Origin: a virus
Taxonomy: Duplodnaviria; Caudoviricetes
DNA: 64,000 nucleotides
Direction: 5' to 3' (one strand)
IMG/VR virus record: IMGVR_UViG_2901966883_000003
Made by a program: the position numbers and the translations under genes. Below the pieces are notes generated by a model that was given only the letters and a program-made list of their open reading frames with translations, ran no database searches and was not told the origin of the DNA. Of this stretch, positions 1 to 8,481 are shown one piece after another. How positions within the stretch are numbered: position 1 is the first letter of the stretch; each line of letters starts with the position of its first letter.

Positions 1-165
1 TAATGCACCTTCTAAATCGCATGCTAGTAATTCAAGGTTTTTGTCTTTAGTGCGATAATTATCGTAATAGAAGTGTCTATGGTCTAAACCTAAATCGTAA
101 TCAATGTATCGTAACTCACCAACAGCTTTTCCTTTTACATACACTTTAAAAATTCTTTCTTTCAT
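1..165 (-). CDS. hypothetical early protein (partial, runs off window)
   Basis: ATG at 165 with AAGGTGG RBS; frame MKERIFKVYVKGK... open to window edge. Confidence 0.6.
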   Translation of the reverse strand, partial: MKERIFKVYVKGKAVGELRYIDYDLGLDHRHFYYDNYRTKDKNLELLACDLEGAL

Positions 166-194
166 TTCAATTACCACCTTTTAATTCTTAATTT

Positions 195-434
195 TTATTC
201 ATAATCAACTGTAATGATTGTCTGATTGTCTATATAATCCATATCCCACGCTTTGCTTACTCTACCGTTTAGACTTCGTGGTATTGCATAAGCAACAATA
301 TTACTTGCTAATGCAAAACTTATTTTTTCACTTACAACAATATCTACACGCTTTCTAAAAGTTGGTTTATATACTACCAACTCAACAACCATTGGATATT
401 CACTGTTTAATTCTTTAAAATTTCTTACTTTCAT
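195..434 (-). CDS. hypothetical early protein
   Basis: ORF track; GAGGAG RBS; co-directional operon. Confidence 0.75.
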   Translation of the reverse strand: MKVRNFKELNSEYPMVVELVVYKPTFRKRVDIVVSEKISFALASNIVAYAIPRSLNGRVSKAWDMDYIDNQTIITVDYE

Positions 435-448
435 AATTAACTCCTCCT

Positions 449-709
449 CTAGTTTTCCATATATTCTTTAAAATTATTTTTGTACATATCTTCGTATAGT
501 TGATTGTCATCAGTTAAAATTATTTTGTTTGCATTACTCAAAACAATAATGTATTTCATTGGTTTCATACCTAGAATTTTTTCTTTTACTCCATAGAAGA
601 TGAAGTCTACAAAATAACTGGTATCAAAAGAATACTTATTTTCAAAATCATCTACCAACATTTCTAAAACCTTATTACTTACATTGTTTACTTGAATTGT
701 GTTTTTCAT
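449..709 (-). CDS. hypothetical early protein
   Basis: ORF 449-721; start moved to the ATG downstream of the AAGGGTGG RBS. Confidence 0.75.
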   Translation of the reverse strand: MKNTIQVNNVSNKVLEMLVDDFENKYSFDTSYFVDFIFYGVKEKILGMKPMKYIIVLSNANKIILTDDNQLYEDMYKNNFKEYMEN

Positions 710-724
710 TTTTGTTACCACCCT

Positions 725-1111
725 TTATAAACCTAATAATTCTGAAAATTCTTTCCATTCATTAAATTTTTCTAACTCTTCTTCATTGTCAAAGTAAAAG
801 TTATTGTCTGCATAGTTGTACCAACCTTGCATACTTTCATGTACTAAATCATCAAATTCATTAAATTTTTCTGATTTCTCTATTTGACCTAATGCACTAT
901 CAACCGCCATGCAGTCTAAAGCCTCCATTAAATCGTTAAAACCATATTCACTACCAAACATAAATTTTGTTTCTTCGATTAATTTTTGATATGAAAAATC
1001 ATCATCATTCAAAAATACTGTATCTTCGTAACCATCTAATTTTTCAAAAAAGATATTTAAATCATAAGTGCCACAGCCCAACATTGTTGCTACAAATAAA
1101 TTATTTTCCAT
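725..1111 (-). CDS. hypothetical acidic early protein
   Basis: ORF 725-1123; same RBS block; D/E-rich. Confidence 0.75.
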   Translation of the reverse strand: MENNLFVATMLGCGTYDLNIFFEKLDGYEDTVFLNDDDFSYQKLIEETKFMFGSEYGFNDLMEALDCMAVDSALGQIEKSEKFNEFDDLVHESMQGWYNYADNNFYFDNEEELEKFNEWKEFSELLGL

Positions 1112-1184
1112 TTTTGTTACCACCCTTTTTAACTTGAATTATTTTTATCTTCGATTTTCTTAATAAAGTTTCTTTATTTTTCTA

Positions 1185-1997
1185 CTATTTAAATGCTCGC
1201 ATTGGTGCTAATACACCGATGTAATTATCTAAACCGTTATATGTTACTTGAATTGGTCTGACGTTTTGACTATTCATAAATTCTTTTTCAACAAAAGCTA
1301 ATGTGATTGTTTTGTTACCAACTAAGAATTTATTTACGTGTTTTTCTAATTCATAGATATTGAGATTAATATCATAATCATCAGTAAACCCTTCAGTTAC
1401 ATCACAGTTAATATTTTCTTTTTTGTAGTAGACACTACCTTCTTCATCTTCGTATTCATAACTAAACACGAATTGACCTTTGATAAATTTAATATTTGAT
1501 TGAATTGTTTTGTTATTCCAATTCTTTCTATGGTATCCAGTTTCTTTAATGTGTTTGATAAATTCTTTTAATTCACGAATGTTAAAAGTAATATTTCTAT
1601 CTTCGTTTACCACTGGTAAAATTCTTTCAACACTTGGATAATTACTTTCTGTCATTGAGCTAATAAATTCTTTACCATTCACAATGTAATTGATTTTGTT
1701 ATCAGAAAATTCAAGGATAATTTCTTTATCAACTAATTCTTTATTTTTTAACTTTGCTACTGCTTGAATTGCTTTTCTAGGTACTGCAAACTCAACATCA
1801 TTGTTATTTTCACAATCAAGCGTTAATTTACCTAGTGAATGTGTATCAGTAGCAACTAAAGTTAATTTATTGTTTTCTACTACATGATTAAGTGTTGCTA
1901 ATATAGGTCTGAAACTTGATTTTGAAACATGTACTAAAATTTCTTTGTATCCTTTTACTAATTCTTTTGCATTTACTTTAATTTCTGTTTTTGTCAT
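1185..1997 (-). CDS. DNA polymerase III beta-clamp-like protein (N-terminally truncated)
   Basis: Motifs SFRPILA...LVATDTHSL and NYPSVERILP resemble DnaN domain 2 (RPILTG, VATDSHRL, YPDxxRLIP). Confidence 0.7.
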   Translation of the reverse strand: MTKTEIKVNAKELVKGYKEILVHVSKSSFRPILATLNHVVENNKLTLVATDTHSLGKLTLDCENNNDVEFAVPRKAIQAVAKLKNKELVDKEIILEFSDNKINYIVNGKEFISSMTESNYPSVERILPVVNEDRNITFNIRELKEFIKHIKETGYHRKNWNNKTIQSNIKFIKGQFVFSYEYEDEEGSVYYKKENINCDVTEGFTDDYDINLNIYELEKHVNKFLVGNKTITLAFVEKEFMNSQNVRPIQVTYNGLDNYIGVLAPMRAFK

Positions 1998-2025
1998 GAT
2001 AATTACCACCCTTTAAAATCATTTT

Positions 2026-2223
2026 TTATATTCTATTATTTAATGCTTTGATACCGACTAATAATAAAGTCAAAATTGTGTATGGTATGAATAACATTAG
2101 TTTTAAAAGAAATCTTCTTTTCTTAAATAACCAACAAACAGCATGATAGCTACCCATCAGAATTATTACCAACGCAACAAAACTCATCATGAAAAGCCCT
2201 CCGTAAAATTCCTGATTGTACAT
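2026..2223 (-). CDS. small membrane protein, two hydrophobic segments
   Basis: ORF track; hydrophobic helices separated by KKRR. Confidence 0.65.
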   Translation of the reverse strand: MYNQEFYGGLFMMSFVALVIILMGSYHAVCWLFKKRRFLLKLMLFIPYTILTLLLVGIKALNNRI

Positions 2224-2284
2224 ATTGATTACCACCCTTTTTACTTAATTTATTTTTGTTACTGAAATTCTTATAAATTTTTCT

Positions 2285-2917
2285 TTATTTTGTAACTTCT
2301 ATTGCATTGTATTTTTCAAACATGTATCTATCCAACATGTTTGAATTATCCAATGAAAATTCTTTTACGTTTCCTTCTTCATCTTCGATTGTGTACCATT
2401 CATCAAAAAATTCTTTTTCTAAATTATCTTTATCTACCAACAAATCATTTTCTAAATTTGTTAGTGGATGATATTCAATCAAATCATAAAATCCAGTATC
2501 ATAAATTCTATTTACTGTTACATAAGTGAAAAATCTATTTTTACTATCTAACCATTCCAAAAAATCATATGCGTCTTCGTTAATTGCCTCCATTACGCAA
2601 TCACTATAATAAAAGCTAGTTGCTAACTCTTTATCGAAAGGTTCGCCCATGTCTTTCCACCCACTATCTACCCACTTTTGCATTAATTCTTCTTGAGTTG
2701 GTAGTCTGAAATAATTTCTTTCTTCTTCTAAGTCATCAACTATTTCAAGAAAAGCATCCGTAATATCTTCTAAAGAATCTGTATAATCAGCTAACTCAAT
2801 ATTACTTACTACATGAATACCTTCGCATTCTAACTTGTCTATAAAATTATCAACATGATACAATTCTTCACTTACCAACAATTCTTTTTTATTTACTGTA
2901 TCTATAAACTTTTTCAT
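2285..2917 (-). CDS. acidic hypothetical protein (paralogue of 4463-5155)
   Basis: GGAGGT RBS; shares EGxHxVS and YMxEKYNA motifs with 4463-5155. Confidence 0.8.
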   Translation of the reverse strand: MKKFIDTVNKKELLVSEELYHVDNFIDKLECEGIHVVSNIELADYTDSLEDITDAFLEIVDDLEEERNYFRLPTQEELMQKWVDSGWKDMGEPFDKELATSFYYSDCVMEAINEDAYDFLEWLDSKNRFFTYVTVNRIYDTGFYDLIEYHPLTNLENDLLVDKDNLEKEFFDEWYTIEDEEGNVKEFSLDNSNMLDRYMFEKYNAIEVTK

Positions 2918-2967
2918 AATAGATACCTCCTATATAAAATTATTTTTCTATCCTGATTAGGATATAT

Positions 2968-3024
2968 AAGGTAGTAAGGACTCGAACCTTACAAGTTGTA
3001 AACTTTCTACCGACTAGATACCTT
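2968..3024 (-). ncRNA. tRNA-like structured element 1
   Basis: Minus strand AAGGTA...GTAAGG-TTCGAGT-CCTTAC-TACCTT: acceptor-like stem, T-arm with T-loop and two mini arms. Confidence 0.5.
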
Positions 3025-3055
3025 TTTTTATTTCTTCTCTAGACTCTTGACTGTT

Positions 3056-3700
3056 TTAAAATACGTGTTTTTGAAATTGTTTTACCGCCTCATCCTTCTT
3101 ACCTTGAGTCCACAACTCAGTTATTAAGTAATCCCTTTTCACAATGCTAAAGAAATTAACGTCATAATAATCAGCATCACTCATATCAATATTTTTTTCT
3201 TTCATATACTCATAAATTTCATTTGACCATCTAACTCTTGAAATATCCACAGCATAACTAGCTACCATACCAGGATAAACTTCATCATTCATAAGTTGAC
3301 CTAGTTTTTGTAATTCATGTGTCAAAGCCAATTCAAAACTTGACACTTCTTTACCTTTTTGTTTTTGTTCATACATCCACACCGTTTCTTTAAAATCTTT
3401 TTCATCAAGCTTCATGTTTTCTAAAATTCTTGTGTCATTCAAGTCTAGATTTTCAAACTCTTCTTCGGCATCGAAATCTTCTAGTGTTTCAATAAGTTGC
3501 TTTTCTAAACTTGCAAAAATTTCTTTTTCTGACTTACCTTCTAATTCATCTATATCGTTGTAAGTGTAGTAAATTCTACTGTCGTATTGACCTACAATAG
3601 TAGCCTCTAGGTCATTGGTATATATATTTATATCTTCGATATATAAACCCCACGCATTAACCACGTCATCCATAATTCCAAAAATTTCTTCGTTTGTCAT
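3056..3700 (-). CDS. acidic hypothetical protein
   Basis: ORF track; GAGGT RBS. Confidence 0.8.
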   Translation of the reverse strand: MTNEEIFGIMDDVVNAWGLYIEDINIYTNDLEATIVGQYDSRIYYTYNDIDELEGKSEKEIFASLEKQLIETLEDFDAEEEFENLDLNDTRILENMKLDEKDFKETVWMYEQKQKGKEVSSFELALTHELQKLGQLMNDEVYPGMVASYAVDISRVRWSNEIYEYMKEKNIDMSDADYYDVNFFSIVKRDYLITELWTQGKKDEAVKQFQKHVF

Positions 3701-3772
3701 AATAAATTACCTCTATTCTTAAATTATTTTTTGTTATCAAGTTATTCTCTATACCCTTAACTTGATAACTGA

Positions 3773-3801
3773 ATTATAACTTCTTAATTCTTACTTGTCA
3801 A
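3773..3801 (-). promoter_or_regulatory. consensus sigma-A promoter
   Basis: TTGACA-17-TATAAT on minus strand. Confidence 0.75.
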
Positions 3802-3816
3802 CACTAAAATTTATTT

Positions 3817-4197
3817 TTATTTTATTATTGTAGTAGTACCTTTAAAATCACTTGGTACACTTTCAATTTCAATACCCTTAGCACCCACACCTTGCTCACT
3901 AACCACTCTTAAATTCTTGTCGTTAGGATAGACAACCATATGAAAATCTTTTTTATTGTCATCATAGTATTCTAACGTGAACTTTTTAGTTTTGAGTATG
4001 TTACCACTTTGCAAGTCTAAATTCTTGACGTTATAAGTCAATTCTTGACGTTGCTTTTTGATAACTTTTTCTTGACGTAAATTTTCTTTTTTGAGTTGCT
4101 TATTTTGTTTAATGTATTCATGATTAGATACACCTAAGCACACCACACCTATTATTGTTATTACATTAGTTATTTTTAAAATATTTATTTTATTCAT
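3817..4197 (-). CDS. membrane-anchored or secreted hypothetical protein
   Basis: N-terminal hydrophobic segment followed by coiled coil. Confidence 0.7.
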   Translation of the reverse strand: MNKINILKITNVITIIGVVCLGVSNHEYIKQNKQLKKENLRQEKVIKKQRQELTYNVKNLDLQSGNILKTKKFTLEYYDDNKKDFHMVVYPNDKNLRVVSEQGVGAKGIEIESVPSDFKGTTTIIK

Positions 4198-4227
4198 TTT
4201 AATTACCTCACTAAAATTATTTTTTTG

Positions 4228-4437
4228 TTATGCAAATATTTCTTCTTTGAATTTCTCAAAATATGTTTCTAGTATCGTATCTACATCTTCGGATTCTTGA
4301 TAATCCATAAAGGTTAGAATATCTTCTACACCTTTACTGTAGATATATAAATTCTTTTTCACACCATTAACAATAAATTCAACTTCTATATCATCTAAGT
4401 TGTAAGCAAATCCTACATATTCAATATTATTTTTCAT
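4228..4437 (-). CDS. hypothetical early protein
   Basis: ORF track; GGAG RBS. Confidence 0.7.
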   Translation of the reverse strand: MKNNIEYVGFAYNLDDIEVEFIVNGVKKNLYIYSKGVEDILTFMDYQESEDVDTILETYFEKFKEEIFA

Positions 4438-4462
4438 GATTAATACACTCCTAAAAATTCTT

Positions 4463-5155
4463 TTATTGTTTATAAGTCACTTCATAATCAGCAAGCCAAG
4501 CGTTATATTTTTCTTTCATATATTCATTTAAATATACATCCGCACCTTCGTTACTGATATAGTACCCTGGCAAGTCTTCTAAATTGTCTAATATATCGCC
4601 TTCTTCGTTGCTAGTGTAAATATTTATCCAACTATCAAAACATACACTTTCTAAATATTCTTTTTTGAGTTTTAACGTGGTATCGGTATTCCATACGTAT
4701 GCTATGTCGCCTTGACTATAGCCTCTTAATTCATAGAATAGAAATTCTTTTTTGTATTGCATTAGATACTCACAAACTGTTTCTATATCATGCCAATCTA
4801 GATCTAATCTTTCTGGTATAACTTCTTCTTGTAACCATTCATTAAATTCTTCTTGGTCAAAATAACCGTACCATTCTATAAATTCTTCTTGGTGGCTTTC
4901 AAGGTCAAAGCTAAATTCTTTCATTACTCTAGCTTTTTCTTCTACTAATTCCAGTAATTCTATTTGCTTATCAATAGGTAAAGTTTTTATTTCTTCTAAC
5001 AAACTTTCTTCATCTTCTTTTGTCATGCAATCACTCACAAAATGAAAGCCCTCAACTTTTAAGTTTTCTATTTCAAAATATCCGTAATCTTCATCGTTTA
5101 GCACTACATAAAAATTGTTTTTGTCATCTACATATACATTGTTATTGTTTATCAT
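4463..5155 (-). CDS. very acidic hypothetical protein (RGYSQGD motif)
   Basis: ORF track; GAGGT RBS; paralogue of 2285-2917. Confidence 0.8.
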   Translation of the reverse strand: MINNNNVYVDDKNNFYVVLNDEDYGYFEIENLKVEGFHFVSDCMTKEDEESLLEEIKTLPIDKQIELLELVEEKARVMKEFSFDLESHQEEFIEWYGYFDQEEFNEWLQEEVIPERLDLDWHDIETVCEYLMQYKKEFLFYELRGYSQGDIAYVWNTDTTLKLKKEYLESVCFDSWINIYTSNEEGDILDNLEDLPGYYISNEGADVYLNEYMKEKYNAWLADYEVTYKQ

Positions 5156-5221
5156 AATTAATTTACCTCTATTCTTATTAATTCTTTTCTTGATTGCATT
5201 TACTACCTAAAATTTCTTTTT

Positions 5222-5476
5222 CTATATAATGTTTGTGTAAATTGTAAAAGCATTATCATTAAATTTTTCTATCAAGTGTTTAGCTACTACAAAATTAAAT
5301 TCACTTTCAGTTATTACACCTCTTTTTAAGTGTCTGTTTAGTCTGTCTATATAATCAAATGCTTTTGATAGTGTCCACACGTTCAAATCGTCAAGGTTTT
5401 TCAATTCTTCGTGGCAGTCTATGAAATTCCAAGCCCTTCTAAAATTAGTTTGTTTGTCTATAGTACTTATATACAT
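5222..5476 (-). CDS. hypothetical early protein
   Basis: ORF track; GGAGGT RBS. Confidence 0.75.
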   Translation of the reverse strand: MYISTIDKQTNFRRAWNFIDCHEELKNLDDLNVWTLSKAFDYIDRLNRHLKRGVITESEFNFVVAKHLIEKFNDNAFTIYTNII

Positions 5477-5527
5477 TATTAGTACCTCCTAAAATTTATT
5501 TTTTTCACTGTAATTTTACAGTGATAT

Positions 5528-5583
5528 AGGATAGCAAGGAGTCGCACCTTGAAAGCGTCCACTTCGTACTAACTACCTACCCT
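5528..5583 (-). ncRNA. tRNA-like structured element 2
   Basis: Minus strand AGGGTAG...CAAGG-TGCGACT-CCTTG-CTATCCT: 7-bp acceptor plus 5-bp T-stem; covaries with element 1. Confidence 0.5.
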
Positions 5584-5606
5584 CAGTTTCTTCTCTAGAC
5601 TCTTAA

Positions 5607-5771
5607 CTAATCAAACAATTCTGTTTCTCTCATGCGGTCTATATACTCTAGATTTTCTTGTAACTCATTGCTACTCATTGCAAGTGCCAAGTCCTCAAGT
5701 ACTGTTTCAGCACCTAACATTTCTACCATTTCATCCATCTTTACCATTAGTTCGTTTTTATCTAGTCTCAT
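5607..5771 (-). CDS. 54-aa acidic hypothetical protein (not in ORF track)
   Basis: AAGGAGG RBS; MRLDKNELMVKMDEMVEMLG...ETELFD*. Confidence 0.7.
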   Translation of the reverse strand: MRLDKNELMVKMDEMVEMLGAETVLEDLALAMSSNELQENLEYIDRMRETELFD

Positions 5772-5793
5772 TGTATTTTCCTCCTTAATTTTT

Positions 5794-6024
5794 CTATGCC
5801 ATTCTCACATTGATACCGTACTTTTTACCATCTAGGTATTGACGGTAGGTCAAAAACATTAGATTGCAATCTTCTAACCAACTGATAGCACTTTGCAAGT
5901 CGTTAAATTCTTCGGTGTAGTCTGTATAAAGTGAAGCTTCACTCAATACTTCATCAACACTATTGAACACTCTAAAAGAGTCATCCATCTTATCGTAAGC
6001 ATAAAATTTTCTAGTCTTTTTCAT
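5794..6024 (-). CDS. hypothetical early protein
   Basis: ORF track; AAGGAGG RBS. Confidence 0.75.
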   Translation of the reverse strand: MKKTRKFYAYDKMDDSFRVFNSVDEVLSEASLYTDYTEEFNDLQSAISWLEDCNLMFLTYRQYLDGKKYGINVRMA

Positions 6025-6040
6025 TGTTTGTTACCTCCTT

Positions 6041-6295
6041 TTATATTTCTTCTTGAAATTCTAGCAACTGATATTCAATATCAGACAATTCACTATGTTT
6101 AGGTGCTAGCTCAATCATTAGTCTAGCAATTCTACGCTTTCTTCTTCTTGGTTGAACCTTTACACCAACTCTAGCAAGGGTACGTGTTGTGTATATACTC
6201 TTACTATCCATTAGATTAGTGATGGTATTTTTACTATCACTATCAACTTTACGACTTATCATAATTGTGTCTAAATTTTGTACTATCTTTTTCAT
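6041..6295 (-). CDS. hypothetical basic protein, first gene of early operon
   Basis: ORF track; AAGGAGG RBS. Confidence 0.75.
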   Translation of the reverse strand: MKKIVQNLDTIMISRKVDSDSKNTITNLMDSKSIYTTRTLARVGVKVQPRRRKRRIARLMIELAPKHSELSDIEYQLLEFQEEI

Positions 6296-6309
6296 GATAA
6301 GTACCTCCT

Positions 6310-6790
6310 TAATTTAATTAGATTTTTATATTAAACACTACTGTTGAATAGTGCTTAATAACAAAATCTAATTCATAGATTTTGTTAAGTTAGTCTGTAT
6401 TCTTTTTCTTATCATAGGTTAGAATACAGTAAGATTATATTCTATGATAAGGAGAGTCTCTAGGTATGCACTTGCCCTCTCGTACCAGCTTATTACTAAG
6501 TACCTAGAGTCTGACAGGTCAACATGGTCACAGTATTCCACGTCAGAATGCACTTATTTCTAAGGGTGCTTTTTTAACTTTCACAAGTACCTTCTTACAC
6601 CCTACAAATGACTAGGATGTAAGCTGGTATCATACTCCAGCGACCGAGAGTCTCACTCCGTCTCTGCTGTTGCTACTAACGACTTTGCTATACTGGTATA
6701 GCAATACACGTACTCGCAACGGATAACGAGGGTTAGCATGTACCTCGTACTTCTTGAAGGATGACCTTCTTAAAGTAAAATAAATTATTG
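6310..6790 (-). ncRNA. large structured leader or non-coding RNA with pseudoknots
   Basis: Many helices (e.g. 6395-6403/6421-6429, 6408-6417/6442-6451, 6458-6466/6501-6509); GC-richer than flanks; lies downstream of tandem promoters. Confidence 0.6.
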
Positions 6791-6791
6791 A

Positions 6792-6804
6792 GTTTTGAAA
6801 GAAC
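6792..6804 (-). promoter_or_regulatory. boxA-like antitermination site
   Basis: GTTCTTTCAAAAC versus Firmicute rrn boxA GTTCTTTGAAAAC (1 mismatch). Confidence 0.5.
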
Positions 6805-6807
6805 GCC

Positions 6808-7211
6808 GTACCTATAAGGTACATTTAAATGATAACTTTTTGTTTCTCACTTGTCAAGTACTTTTTTATTTTCTTGACAAGTGAGAAGCTTTAAAAACTT
6901 ATCACTTAAATGTACTTTTTAAGTACATTTTCAATTTATCATACTTCTTCTAACTTGTCAACTCTTTTTTTTGAAAAACTTTTAAAAAAATTCTGAAGCC
7001 TTAATTTTTAAGGCTTTAAAGTTTAATCAAGTAGAAGAAGATATTAAATTTTCATAGAACGTGTACTTTTAAAGTACGCTTTTATAATAACCTTTATTTT
7101 TTAGCTTGTCAAGTCTTTTTTTTAAAAAACTTTTAAAAGCCTTTAAAGTATTAAAATCGCGTACCTAACAAGTACAATAAACACTTTAAACCCTTATTGT
7201 TAGCTTGTCAA
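6808..7211 (-). promoter_or_regulatory. four tandem leftward sigma-A promoters, each with a GTAC-N7-GTAC operator
   Basis: TTGACA (minus) at 6852-6857, 6956-6961, 7107-7112, 7206-7211; operators at 6808-6822, 6912-6926, 7063-7077, 7161-7175. Confidence 0.7.
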
Positions 7212-7366
7212 CAGTTTTTATAATATTTTTTGAAAAAAGATTGCTAACATCTAGTATAAAAACCCTTGAAAACCTTGATATAATAACGTTTGTAAGGTAT
7301 AATAAAAATAAGAAACTTGCTTGTTTCTTCTATTATATATAAAAATGAAAGGTTGAAATAATTTAT

Positions 7367-7723
7367 ATGTTGTATAATGAAAAATTAGTGCTAGATAATC
7401 TTAAGCTATTAAGGAATGAAAAAGGATATACACAAGATTATGTATCTAAATTTTTAGGTATTGCTCGTGGCTCTTATGCAAAAACAGAAAACGGTATTAA
7501 TAAAATAACCCTTGATATAGCTTTAAAATTAAGTAGATTGTATAATACAACTGTCGAGGAATTATTGTGCTTATCTAATAATAAAAATAATAAAAATCTT
7601 ATCAATGATAAAGAATTAGACACCATTTTGAAAACTGATGTTACATACAATGGTAAAACGCTTACAAGTACTGATATAATAGCATTGAAAGCCTTTTTAC
7701 AAGGCTTGACTTCTAGCAAGTAA
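7367..7723 (+). CDS. XRE-family HTH transcriptional regulator (probable repressor)
   Basis: LKLLRNEKGYTQDYVSKFLGIARGSYAKTENG HTH_3 signature; divergent from the early promoters. Confidence 0.9.
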   Translation: MLYNEKLVLDNLKLLRNEKGYTQDYVSKFLGIARGSYAKTENGINKITLDIALKLSRLYNTTVEELLCLSNNKNNKNLINDKELDTILKTDVTYNGKTLTSTDIIALKAFLQGLTSSK

Positions 7724-8304
7724 ATTATAAGATGGTATTATTCAATCACGATTAAACCCTTATTTAATAAGGCTTTAATCGTTTTCATTTACTTTATGAA
7801 AACATTGTGAAAGCTTGATATAATAATGTTTTTGAATTGGTGTATTTTGTGAAGCTTTATTTTATGCTTATGTTTTTGTTATAAGTGTTTTATTATAATC
7901 TTATGGTGGTATGGTGCTATAAATGCTATTATATAAGGCTTTTCATAGTGTTATATATGGTTAGTATTATAGGTGTCTTATACGTGTATATATATGCAGT
8001 TAGTATGTATAATCTATATAATGTAAGCGTGATAAACATTGATATATCAAGGGTTTGAGCGTATGCAGTTTGAGTGAATGGTACTAGATGTTAATATAAT
8101 GTTATGCTTATCGTTATTAGTGCTTATTGTGTTGTTTTCTACTATAATATACATTTATGAGTTAACTTAAAGCTTTGACGGCTTGCAATGTTGTTACATC
8201 TAGTTAATACGCTAACTTATTGTAAGTAAATAAGCAGCTGCATCAAGTAGATGTTATTACTAACTAAAAGTAAGTATATAAGAGTGTGTTTATATGGTTA
8301 GTAG

Positions 8305-8479
8305 TTTAGAATAGTTATAAATTAGTGAATGTTATAAGGTTGTAAGTGTTATTACTTTAGAATAATTACAAGTTAGTATATTTTATTGAATTGTATTCTT
8401 TATTGGTTTAGAAAAATTATAAGTTAGTAATTATTATTGGTTTCTTGAATTTATTAGTTTAGAATTGTTATAAATTATA
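8305..8479 (+). repeat. four ~22-bp direct repeats with exact 51-bp period
   Basis: TTTAGAAWWRTTAYAARTTA at 8305, 8356, 8407, 8458. Confidence 0.75.
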
Positions 8480-8481
8480 GA

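Noticed and set aside
2968-5583. Functional tRNA genes
   Set aside because: Only ~56 nt each, with no proper D arm, anticodon loop or CCA; kept as tRNA-like elements instead.
6630-6824. 64-aa ORF in the early leader
   Set aside because: No RBS, starts at the promoter/operator, and overlaps dense RNA structure.
8305-8479. Mini CRISPR array (constant repeat-spacer period)
   Set aside because: Repeats are degenerate, short and non-palindromic; spacers are low-complexity; no cas genes or leader in the window.
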